A DNA stretch of 64,000 bases. It comes from Amoebidium appalachense. Its lineage: Eukaryota; Protista; Ichthyosporea. Position 1 is the stretch's first letter; every line of letters starts with the position of its first letter. Positions 40,301 through 58,406 of the stretch are shown here, piece by piece. The position numbers and the translations under genes are program-made. Under the pieces are notes generated by a model. That model searched no databases. It was not told the DNA's origin and saw only the letters and a list, made by a program, of their open reading frames with translations. The stretch covers positions 6,912,171-6,976,170 of the forward strand of contig CAVNZM010000009.1 in the NCBI GenBank assembly GCA_963693365.1, given 5' to 3'.

Positions 40301-41920
40301 ATCACCAATTTGTGTGCCGTAATCGGCCAGGCGCCGCACGTAGCCGCGGAGTTTCATGGCGTATTTCGTCGCGGTGTCCGTAGGTTCAGGCGTAGAATTC
40401 ATGTACAGCCCGATAAGGTCGTACTGATTGGCCTCAGATTGCTCCAGGTAGTGGGCAGATAGGGCCGACCATATCTCCGCAGGTGTGGTGGTGCGTGTTA
40501 ACCCTAGGATACAACGCACGTCAACCGAGAGTGCTTGCCACAGGTAGGAACGGGCAGTGTCGACCTGTTCACGGGTAGCCGGGTGCTCCGTACTGGGCGC
40601 GATGGTGTGGAGAAGACCAGCACCAGAAAGCTGGACATACATGGTTTCGGCCCATGTGTGGTAGTCCGTGCCTGAATCATTATCAATGCCAGTGAAGAGA
40701 GGGATGTCGACCTTGAACTTGATGGAATCATTACGTGAGGGGCCCATAACCCTGTTGGACATTGTGTTCATAGAAGCTAGTTCTAGTGCACGTTGTTCCT
40801 TCTGTAAGTCAGAAATGATTGCATCTTGTGAGGCCAACCTCTGCTCCAGTAGTTGGACTAGTTGCTGCAACTGTAAGTTGTCAGACATAGTGTCGTGTAT
40901 GATGGGTAACTAGTCTATGTGTTTTGTGCACTGGAAACGACAGTAGAAAAGTGTAAATCAAACGTTCTGCTTCCCATGTTTGTGACATGGGAGGCACTGC
41001 TTTATATAGTCGTTGGCCACCTCATGGTGGCCTCGTGTGCAGCCTGGTGGTGGGCCATGTACAGCATGGCCGAAAAGAGAGCACAATGAAAACAAGTCGT
41101 TAAAGATATAAAAGTTAACTGTGCACGTTGAGTGGCTAGTTAACTTGCACTAAAGCACACAAATAAACGTGTTTAACACACCAATTGCAGTTAAACGTAA
41201 ATCTTGCTTCACACAACTAAAAATATTCTGAGAATATCCGGGAATAAAGCACACTACCACTCTAAGAATAGAATCCTGTGGCAAATATAGACATGACATC
41301 ATCTGAACCGGGAATAGCCGAAAAGAGAGCACAATTAGCACGTTGCTAGTGAAGCTCGTCATTGGTACAGTTTTGGCTCAAACATATAACTACCATATAT
41401 GAATATGACCGTAAACAAAAGCTCTATGCACTCGAGTGAGTGTTGAAACAGTTATTCAATTGCTCAGAAACTTTCTCTAACAGACATTGCTAGCCGGGAG
41501 TACCAGTGTACTCCAACACCCCCCCCCCTTCTTCCCCCCGCCCCCCCCCCCCCCCCCCCCCCCCCCGCAGTGCCCAGCCGCCGGCATGCTTGTATACAGC
41601 ACACAGTGTCACCCTCTTTCAAGCTCTTCATAACTAGGCTAAACCTTCTCCGGGGCTCTACTAACCACGCTCTTGCGCCTTCCATTCCCTTGCCTGGCAA
41701 CCAAAAACCGTCATATGTGTCTGACAAGTAGGCACATACATCTGTGCATAGAACTTGTATCTATGTAAATCGAATTTGCGGAAGGGGAGGGAGAGCGGGG
41801 GGGGGGGGGGGGGGGGGGGAGGGGAGTGGATGAGAGGACTTCAAGGATTGTTTGCGACGAGTTTACGATTCCGGTGGGCAATGTATCAAGGTTTTTTTTT
41901 TTTTTGAAAAAATATCTCAT
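32574..41920 (-). CDS. F-box-like N-terminus plus unknown Cys/His/Trp-rich domain, paralog 1 (intron 2 holds the LTR cluster; donor non-canonical)
   Basis: Exons 41920-41867 (MRYFFKKKKNLDTLPTGI), 41760-41575 (IQVLCTDVCAYLSD...), 33284-32574. The terminal exon is clearly homologous to 42309-43046. The expected donor at 41574 reads GG, not GT. Confidence 0.55.
33521..34453 (-). mobile_element. 3' LTR of Copia-like family A (933 bp) with PPT at 34454-34464
   Basis: Minus strand TTGAGTGGGGA|TGTTGGAATACG ... GTACAAAACAACT. Homologous to 1-802. Abuts a G run of about 40 nt. Confidence 0.75.
35417..35623 (-). mobile_element. Short 5' LTR (35623-35430, TGTCGT..ACAACA) plus PBS-like TGGGGGCCTGCC; third family, possibly Gypsy-like
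   Basis: TG...CA termini with an imperfect terminal inverted hexamer, a 1-nt spacer, then a TGG-starting PBS resembling tRNA-Pro primers. No partner LTR in the window. Confidence 0.45.
35638..41518 (-). mobile_element. Full-length young Ty1/Copia LTR retrotransposon
   Basis: 766-bp LTRs at 40753-41518 and 35638-36403 (TGTTGG...CCAACA; one mismatch noticed by eye). PBS GGTTATGGGCCC at 40751-40740. PPT TTGAGTAGGGG at 36414-36404. CCCCC on both flanks. Confidence 0.98.
36590..40888 (-). CDS. Copia gag-pol polyprotein (Gag, zinc knuckles, PR, IN, RT, RNase H), 1432 aa
   Basis: CHGCGKPGHIKSQC; LLDSGATDH; WHYRLGH..CEPCALGK; HSDISGP / SDGGGEY / NGTAER; KARLVARG, LYGLKQAP, YVDD; YSDSDYA, KHIDVRY, ADMFTKAL. 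IN precedes RT. Confidence 0.98.
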   Translation of the reverse strand: MSDNLQLQQLVQLLEQRLASQDAIISDLQKEQRALELASMNTMSNRVMGPSRNDSIKFKVDIPLFTGIDNDSGTDYHTWAETMYVQLSGAGLLHTIAPSTEHPATREQVDTARSYLWQALSVDVRCILGLTRTTTPAEIWSALSAHYLEQSEANQYDLIGLYMNSTPEPTDTATKYAMKLRGYVRRLADYGTQIGDAQVLTKLTNDLGKVPYYEMPVIAYKMTPKPTVMGLLQQLRAYETSHPRARVTTSSGPAAFTTRAPQPVICHGCGKPGHIKSQCPNGNGQHSNSGNNRASTYPKGSCVNHPLSTSHTTAMCKGGNRANGRKPKGGPLPPGSCINHPASTTHTTAQCKGGAAAPRAFLMSSNDCGTNKVLLDSGATDHVCPRPDVFINMRAAPYSTVQVADKGACAVLGVGDVFFSSTIDGVTAVHQLTDVLYVPSIPDTLISVFTATTNGVLPRFDTRGGVKLCYGDQILATGSAVGTKLYHMAVSLLRADTTPDAQTTTAPRILKVTADLNTWHYRLGHAGIDAVRSVIKSAGLLVGGGAKSPGVCEPCALGKAHRVAFSESTSQAPRVLAKVHSDISGPFPPAIGGAQYLATFHDEFTGHTTAVPLVKKSDTLAAYVTYHKAAVTQHGVPMQVFQSDGGGEYMGTAFGDYNREHGIRHQITTTGSPQQNGTAERLNRTLLDMVRALLQQSGLPVGFWAEAAVTAAFIRNMLPSRATGSQSSPALLWTGIPPDYSRLRVWGSPCYVHQQDTPKLAPRAVKGIFVGYPPNIKGYKVWIPAAHKMTVSRDVQFDEAAILHPLRDVPSDWSTAPAIHHFLESSDSSNQPANHIVRNDQQSDSSRLSANGTAPSDQLDIPILPEPAHRLPRTTRSGAVYNDQRRGPTANVAAATAPLAPQATAPASTPIKASTIVVPKTVRAALKSPQRLKWEEAAHRELKALEDNGTFTLVPRPEDGSTVIPVGWVFTVKQDNVGNVTAFKARLVARGNYQQPGQDYFVTESPVAALATIRLVLATSVAQGLPLRHIDVNTAFLNGTVNETIYIEQPPGFVNPSAPHAVGLLHKALYGLKQAPRQWYEALRDHLLDQGFIVSAADPCLFIKNAGTPTFIALAAYVDDFTVTAATDALIDDFFTKLDARFSAKDLGRPTLLIGHTLTWLEDGSLRLGHRQHIIDLAARFRLTHMSGTKTPIVPGQASESNKTPAYSKKEDYASLVGALLWIARTTRPDISQALGVLTRHIHAPTVTHWTMATRVVSYLLATIDLGIVYRPGPPNLVGYSDSDYAEDRDTRRSTTGYVFFINSSPVSWVSRLQSITTHSSTEAEFVAMSAATNEALWLNYVMDDLGLNPINEPTPVPIHGDNESARALLDTLGVKPKTKHIDVRYCSVKEHHLLGNITVVPVASADNKADMFTKALSASFFTKAVGMLNMC

Positions 41921-42010
41921 GAGTTTAGTTAAAAGTTTTTAAGTGCCGTTGATATTATAATTAGGCTTGAATAATAAAATTCCCGACAGCAAGTCGGTAT
42001 GTACCATTAA

Positions 42011-42304
42011 AGGGGGTTTCTTTTAGGCCGATTAATTGCACCAATTCCAGCACATCCGGGTCAAGCCATTTATTCAGCATATAGATCATGATATGAACTG
42101 CAGTCTTATTCCAAACGCTTTATTATTATTATTCTATTCTTATTTTCTCTTTTTCTCTTTTCTTTTTCTTTTTTCTTGTATTATGGCGCATCTGTACCTT
42201 GCTTCCAGCCAAACCATGGTGTGCAATTGATGCGCAGCACACCTATCATATAGCTAGAATCGCCTCTGACCCGACCGGGCCCGAGAAGCTAAAAGAAACC
42301 CCCT
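42011..42304. mobile_element. Second Kolobok-type MITE (16-bp perfect TIRs, TTAA/TTGA flanks)
   Basis: TTAA|AGGGGGTTTCTTTTAG ... CTAAAAGAAACCCCCT|TTGA. Confidence 0.65.
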
Positions 42305-42308
42305 TTGA

Positions 42309-43970
42309 TCACCCGATTCCTCGCCATCTAATATTCCTAAACAGTAGAAGGCTTTGTGTGGCCCTCCACCACGTGCACAACATTCTCGAGTATTTTTCCC
42401 AACAAGTGCTCCATCTCCACTGGTCGACCTTGTTTATCCCCACCTCCCACGTGTATTCTACTTTCCCATCACACCGTCTGTTGCATACATCAATTCTGCA
42501 AGACATGCCTATGGTTACTCGGAGAAGCAAGGGAATTGCTGGACCGCTATAGATTTCTGCAAGAGGTGGGTGTACGTGCGTTTTGTCGACCGAGCATATG
42601 CTCACTTTCGCGTTTTCTTCATACATTCTTCTGACTCCCGCAAACTCGTGTGGCTGAGAGTCCCGGCACAGATCTGCGAACAGCTTTGCGTCTTTGGAAG
42701 AAATCCAACATGGAATACACCAATCGCGTTGTGACCAACCATACAACCGAGGCTTAAAACCACATTTCACACAGCCCACATTGGTAATTATAATCCGCAT
42801 CCCCCTGCTGATGTCACGTGCACTAGCAATGAAATGCATGGGCCACGTGCTTTTGACTGGGAGTTGTTGGCCGATTGTGCCGTGTGTTGCCCTTTCCCAT
42901 GTCGTGCTTTCAATGTTTCTGAGGTCTTCTATCAGCAGGCGGCGAGCAATGGCACCCATCACAGAAATGTGGTCGGCCAGCGCTTTGTATTTGTGGATCC
43001 GTCGGTCAATGGACGTGTTGGCCGCTGACAGCCTCTCGGTGCATGCATGCGAAAGGGGGGGAAGGGGTGGGGGGAAGGGGGGAAGAGGGGGGGGGGGGGG
43101 GGGGAGGAATGCTTTCGGGCTAGGGGGAGGGGAGGGGAGAGGGGGGTGACAGGCCTAACTTAGGGGGTGGGAAGGGGGGAGGGGGGGGGGGGGATAATCG
43201 AGTGTCATTAGTGTGTCCATCATAGTGCGTGTGCAGCTACAGCTGGCCAAAGTGTGTTTTTGTGCTTGTGTGTGTGTGCACGCGTGTGTGTGCGTGCGCG
43301 TGTGTGTGTGACTGTGTGTGTGTACATGCATTTTTTTTTTTTGGAGGGGGGGGGGGGGGGGGGGGGGGAGGGGGGGGGGGGGGGAGGGCTGTCTTTAGTG
43401 AAGGTAACGGTAGTTATAAACCTGCAGTACTAAGTACATATGCTGGAAAGAGGGGAGGAAGGGGGGGGGGGGGGGGGGGGAGAAGGGGTTTGAAGTTTTT
43501 TCTTCTCAGCTCAGAAATTTTCAGTTTCCTGCAGGGTGGGCGGGTGGGTGACAGGTGGGGGGGGGGGGGGGGGGGGGGGGGGGGAGGGGGGGAAGGGGGG
43601 GATCAGAAAATTTATGGGCACACGGTGACAAAGGCCCTGATGGAGGGCGGGACGGGGAGTCTCAGAGCAGGGCCCAGTTTCGAACCAGGGGGGAGGGGAG
43701 GGGGGAAATAAAAGGCACAGGGAGAGCTATTTTCAACACGAATACTACTGAAGTAATAGTATCCTGGCCTAATTTTGATAACTTTGAAGCTGCATGATGT
43801 TGTTCCAGCTGCAGAAACGTGGATCTCAGTGTCTGCTGATCTGCCAGTTCTAGACTGCCATATTACTCAGTCCGATACATAAAAATGTATAGAATTTAAA
43901 AATGGGTACCGGTAGGAATATGGCATCTCATCAATGTGGAACTAGCCTATTAGGGTTTAGGTGATGCCAT
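42309..43970 (-). pseudogene. Paralog 2 of the F-box-like/Cys-His-Trp domain family
   Basis: Open terminal exon 43046-42309 (GCVKC, FADLCR, CSVDKTHVHP, DGKVEYTWEV, SRMLCTWWRA), but its acceptor reads CAT. The upstream region has frameshifted F-box-like pieces (HIPT; LELADQQTLRSTFLQL). Confidence 0.55.
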
Positions 43971-44124
43971 CCGGAAACTTTGAATTGAATATAGACCTCA
44001 CAGTATGTTGCATAAACTATGATGTAGACTAAGTACACACACATAGCGCGATATTTCTATCCATCGATATATATCATCACGCAACTTTTGCCGTGATCCA
44101 TACCCGCCCATTAGAAACACCACA

Positions 44125-44971
44125 TCACATTTGCCAACTCACCTTTCTAATCTGCTCCTTTGCGCCCTCACACACCCTCTCCACCATCCCCACAGCACTC
44201 TCAAAGTGCCCCTCTACCATCTTCGCCACATCCTCCCTCTCCCTCTCTGCGGCTCTGAGAATCCCATCCACATGACCCACCAGTCTATCCAACTCCCTGT
44301 CTATCTCCGTGTTTGGTTTTATTTCGCATTTTTTGTGTTCAGGCGACTCCTTGCAATGTGCACAGACAACGTGTTTGTGGTTGACACACCACGAATGTAG
44401 TTTTTTGTGGTGAATGTTGCAGCGTGGAACGTGTGCAAATGGCGTACACACACTGCATTCACGCCCTGTGCCAGACTCTGCGGCGCTGTGTGCACAGATG
44501 TGCGCTCTCTGGTGGTGTAAACGTTCGATTTGGGGATCTCGGCACGACACATTGGGCACGTTGTTTCTCTCATGTTTTTGAAGCAGAAGGAACAAACAGT
44601 GTGGTTGCAGGGAAGGAAGACATTTTGGTTGGAGTATGAGAAATGATCCAAGCATATGGGGCATGTAGTAGAGTCGTCGTGGTAAGGATGGGTGTCTGTA
44701 GGGATGGCCCCAGTGATGTTGCTAGGTGTCAAGAGGGTGGGATAGAAGTATCACACATGTGCACGTGATATAATACGTGTATACATCTGGCTTGCCCTTT
44801 GACACACACACGACGTGCATTATGATACTGGCTACACGCAAGCACGCGCGCACGCACGCGCGCACGCACGCTCGCTCTCGAGTCCCTCTCTTTCTTGCCC
44901 GCATGCAAGGGGTCTCCCGGAGGGCCCGCCTGCTGCGCACGCCGCCACAGATCTTGATTTTGGCGCCACAT
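44125..44971 (-). CDS. TRIM-like RING/B-box/coiled-coil protein with one frameshift (about 44490-44520)
   Basis: C3HC4 RING CPIC...PCNHTVCSFC...CPMC. B-box2 CNIHHKKLHSWCVNHKHVVCAHCKESPEHKKC and a coiled coil lie in the adjacent frame. Possible first exon 44971-44899 joined through a GC-AG intron to 44695. Confidence 0.75.
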
Positions 44972-45394
44972 TTTTATTGCTCCAATCGTTTGCGCATGCA
45001 CGCCAGTCACCAGGTACGCTGCAGTGACAAGGACATCGACGCGTCGGCTGCGGCGGGGCTTAAAAAAAAAAAAAAAAAACTGTTGAATGGAGTTGAAGGA
45101 CCCGGTAGCAGTAGCATATAGGGAAGCATAAGTTCAGTACACAGCCTACAGGTTGCTATACGGTGCCTACAAGAAAACTTTGAAATACATCAGCAAAACC
45201 TGGGTACACAACAAGCGGCACATGCACTCGCCAACAAACCCACAAGTAAACTCACAAGTACCTTCTTCTTGTTTACACATGGTTCTTGAAAAAAACGAGA
45301 TCTAGAGATCCAAAGCTGGCACACCGACTTTCCTTTTAGCTTCCAGACGTCAAAACTATTATAAGCCCTCTTAAATAGGACTGACTAAACATCA

Positions 45395-53674
<8,280 letters not shown>

Positions 53675-53729
53675 CTTTTCTTTTTCTTCGTTTAATTTTC
53701 TTTTCTTTTCCCTTTCATTGCCTTTTTCC

Positions 53730-53794
<65 letters not shown>

Positions 53795-54407
53795 TTTTTT
53801 TATGGTGGTAGTGGGTATGCGGGTGGGTGGGTTGCCCACAAGAGAGAGGGAGGGAGAGGGGGGGGGGGGGGGGGGGGGTTATGATTTCTGCAGTGACGTG
53901 GTTGCGGTAACTAATTCGTTGTTATTACTTGACAATATCGTTGCTAACATGGCACTATGATCATTGTTGTTGTGATAGCAATAGTCTTATTATCAGCTTT
54001 TTTTTTTTTTTTTTGTAAATACTAAAAAGTGGTATAGATACCTTTAGCGCTGCCTTGTGTCATATATAAGCTGGCACAGGCTTCCCCTCGGGACAGTTTC
54101 TTATATCTGGTCTTTTTTTAGTGGCTATGAGAATAATGTGTGTACACGCGCGACATTTAAATAGGTGACAAGTTAATCATGTGGTTAAGGTGCACGATAT
54201 GCAAATTAGTGTATGTAGATAGTAGACTTGAATGTATAACGGGCTTTAGGTAAATAGCATACTCAGTGATGTATAACGATGTATGACGGTCTCATAGTAG
54301 GCAAATAGCATAATCAGTAGCTGTACAGTAGTTGAAGCGAGCTCTAGGCTTGGGTACAAATACCACTTTTTCTTATCGTTGCCTCGTAAACACACTGTGG
54401 TCCCGTA

Positions 54408-54443
<36 letters not shown>

Positions 54444-55256
54444 CGCAACCCCCGCCCGCGCACCCCCCAACCACCACCACCACCATCACCACCATCACCA
54501 CCACCACCACCACCACCACCCACCCACCCACCAGCACCCTTCTTCCTTAAGCACGTTCGGTGTCTGTTGCTTCCCCTCCACCCGGCTTGCTAAGCTCAAT
54601 ACCTCAAAGAGATCCGTGCAGCCCCCCCCTCCCCCCCCCCCCCCCCGCCCCTCCCCCCGTGTGTGTGTGTGTATGTGTGTGTGTGTGTGTGTGCCGGCGT
54701 GTGTGTGTGTGCTACAATTAACGACTTGCTGTCATATGGTCATGCGCATTGAAAAAAAGCAACGAAAAGTGCTGCACGGTGAGAACCGAAAAGCCGTTGA
54801 AAAAAGAGGTTGTCGTTTTATTTCATAATACTATATAGGTATCATAAAGGATTCCGGAGATCCTCGTCAACAGCACAAAAAAACTAATTGCCAGAATAAC
54901 CAGGTCAAGTTTTGCCCCTTATTTGTCTAGTACATTCACGTTATCATAGTGATACAACACAAAGCCAAGGCGTGTTCACGGGACCAACATGTCGGACGTC
55001 TCCCAGACCCGAATTCGCAAGCTTGAGTTCCACACCTCAATTGAAAACACAGCCATAAAATCGACTGGGGAACAGGCGAAGGCGCATCTCCCTAGTTTTG
55101 TGTTTACAGTGTTTCTAGATTCTTGTTCATTTTTACCGTGGCCAAAACAAAGTCATAGTTGCCAGTCTTGCTGAAGCGCCGAGTGATGGTCCGTGTCAGT
55201 TGGCAGATTGAAACTCTCATACATCTGTGGGTTTTTCGTCGGTGTGTCGGTGTGGT

Positions 55257-55409
55257 TTACATAACCGTGCAGCTGCGACCGCCGGGTTGAGGCTCGGGAC
55301 ACTTGCAGAGCTTGTCCTCGGGAACACCCTTCAGGGCAAAGGATATGTGCTTGCCGCAGCCACCCCACGTCACCTTGCCGCACTTCTGGCAGTCCGTCTT
55401 GTAGCACAT
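55257..55409 (-). CDS. 50-aa Cys-rich putative zinc-binding protein with a C-terminal CaaX box
   Basis: MCYKTDCQKCGKVTWGGCGKHISFALKGVPEDKLCKCPEPQPGGRSCTVM*. Resembles the widespread uncharacterised MC-x4-C-x2-C-x-K-x-TW-x-GCG-x-H family. Confidence 0.8.
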   Translation of the reverse strand: MCYKTDCQKCGKVTWGGCGKHISFALKGVPEDKLCKCPEPQPGGRSCTVM

Positions 55410-56283
55410 TCTCGGTTGATGAAAAAAACGGATGTTGTGGAAGGGGTGGTCTGTGAGGATTCTGTGACGTGTGTTGTATGGTGTTTTAGAGTCATTAAAT
55501 GGTATGTACTGTAGGAGTGTCTTATGCGGAGGTGCCTGAACAAAGGTTATGCTTTTATGCCTAGAGCTTTTCTTATTTATACGTGTGTTGCACGTTTTTT
55601 TGTTGTGTCGGCACGACACACCGTCCGTGGCCCATTCCACGCCAGATCCTTGTCGAATCACATGATAGATCGACACATTCCAGGAATTTCTAAAATCCAT
55701 AGAATATTTCTCATCGAATCGAGCCAAAGCTGATATTTCAACAAATCGGGTCATGCATGAACCGGAAAGGCTTTGTGGGCCAAGGTGCTTAGAGGGCCAA
55801 GAGTAATTGATAAAAATAGGATGTGGAAAAGGAAGTTAAATAAAAATAGATATTGGAAGTGGGCGGGAAAATCGGTGCGATCTGATGCGATCGCGATATC
55901 ACACATGCACAAGATAATACACGTGCACAAAAAGTGCACACGGAGAGACACGCACGTACATGTGTGAGTGTTTCGAAGGAGTGCTGGCACCGCCCCTATT
56001 ACCCTTTCTATCTTATTTGCTGAGCTTTCAAGGGGAACGTATGTTCTTGGCGTAGGCCTTCTCATTTCTCATCATTCACCGACTGATGATAAACCTTTAG
56101 AGAAACGCTCTGTAAGCCCACCTATCATCCTGCAATTTCATATCCAGAGACTTTCACTGCGAAGGATCTAGTATAAAACCATACACACTACATACACGAA
56201 GCCACACATATTCCAAGCGAAACACCCTGCTTGACTCCTAACATCACATTTCTAGACGCCAGCGGTTTCCTAAAATATTGAAA

Positions 56284-56910
56284 ATGGGAGAAGTAAGAGG
56301 CCAGTTTGATCCCAGTGGGGAGCTATACGCCACCCTCTCTGCCGATGGAAGGTTGCGCGTGTGGGAGACAGCCACAGGAAACATGAGACAAGAGCACACC
56401 CCGGCCACGCATCTCTCAGATACCTTTACGTGCTTGGCGTGGGGCAGCGCACAGGTGTGTGGTCTACACATTTTCTTTCGATCATTAGTTTTCGTTTCGG
56501 GAAACAAGTGAGCGCAGCACGGAAGATGCGGACGGATTTTTTAGATGATCGAAAGGGGTACGTGTGGGGAGGGGAAGGATTGAGTGTAGAGATAGTGGGC
56601 ACAGGCGCAAGTGTCCGAAGGTGGTGAAATGCTGTGGGAAGGTGGGGGGGAAAGTTTTGCTGAGAGTAAAGAAGAGGCTCTGTTTTGATACGGTCGAGTT
56701 CGCGTGTGGGTGGGGTATGAAGGGTATGAGGGAGGGGTTGGGTTCGGTTACTCAAGATCCGTTTTGTCCCCCTCCCGCCCTCCCTCCCCCCGGTCTCCAC
56801 ACTCACCCACCCACCAATCCTCCTTTACGGCACCAATTGTGGCTTCATCCCCATAACCTGTCCATCCCAACGCACTCCCTCCCTATGTCCCCTCCTTCCC
56901 CCCTTAGCCC

Positions 56911-56974
<64 letters not shown>

Positions 56975-57992
56975 GGATGGCCTCTGCATCTGTTGCATCA
57001 TCAGTGTATGTGCTGTTTGTTCCGTAGCTGGTGGTGTTACTGCTCCTCATCCCCCCCCCTCCCGGGACCTGCACCTTAAATCGTTGTTTAAGTCTCTGCC
57101 CACCCGCTCAATAGGCTCCGCCAATGTTTTGGAAAGGGTAATCATGCCTCAATACACACACAACTCATACATCTGCTCACGACACGCTCATCTATGCATC
57201 CAGCACTCATTTTCAAGCTCACAACTCGAACCTAACTGCTGCTTTTCCTTGCGACAGGGAAAGAAGAGCAAGAAAGGCAGCAAGAAAATACAGTCCAGTT
57301 CCATTGCTTTGGGCACCACAACAGGGAAAATCGTTGTATATAGCCTTGCCGGGGGGTTCAGTCAGCAGAGCTTGCCGGCCACACAGACAGAGTTAACGAT
57401 GTTGTGTTTTCTAAAGATGGAACGACAATATTCTCGTGTTCGGCAGATAAGCAGATTATCCATTGGGATCTTGCGACGGGACAACCAATCAGGTGGGCGG
57501 GCTTGACGTGATGGTGGGGCTGGGGCTGATGTGTGTGTGTACACGTGATGGCGCGTGGCTGAGTCGGGAAGGTGTGTGGATGAAGGGGGGGGGGGGGGGG
57601 GGGGGGGGGCTGTGTGTTTGAGGTGAAAGGGTGATGGTGTGTGTGTGTGTGTGGTTCTTTTTTGGGGGCGTTTTGGGGGAGGGGAGGGGGGGGGAGAGAG
57701 AGAGAGTGAGAGAGAGGAATATCGGGGTCCAGGAGTTAGATATGAGGGAGTTGCCGCGGGGGAGGGGGGTGGGGGAGGAGGGGGGAGGCGGGGAAGGAGG
57801 GAGGGGTGTGTTAGTGGGCAAGATGAAGCAAGGCCAAAACCTGACCTCCCGGACGCTAGCCTTTGAATAAGGGCTTTGATCGTTGGCCTTCCCAACTGCC
57901 CTTTTTTTTTCTATTTCATTTTTCTCCTCAGCCTCCCCCCCATGTGCATGTTTTTCTTTGTCTTTTGTGTGTGTGTGTGTTATGGGGGGGGG

Positions 57993-58026
<34 letters not shown>

Positions 58027-58190
58027 AACAATGTTTGACCCTTCGTGCCCGGGGGACATGAACCCACTAAGCTCCTTACACTTCTCCTGCCCTCATAGTG
58101 TTTCCCGTGTGTGTTTTCATTACTCTTTCGTACAAAAGTTAACACAGACACACTCTCTCTCTTTCTCTCTCTCTCTCATACACACACACA

Positions 58191-58262
<72 letters not shown>

Positions 58263-58363
58263 TTCCCCCTCCCCTCTGTCTCCCCCCACCCCACCCCCAC
58301 CCGTCCTTTCCTATTCTTTTACACACACACACACAAACACAAACACACACACACACACACACG

Positions 58364-58406
<43 letters not shown>

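Noticed and set aside
55410-55754. Long 165-aa version of the Cys-rich ORF
   Set aside because: The family-like pattern starts at MCYK (ATG 55409); the upstream part looks like UTR or promoter.
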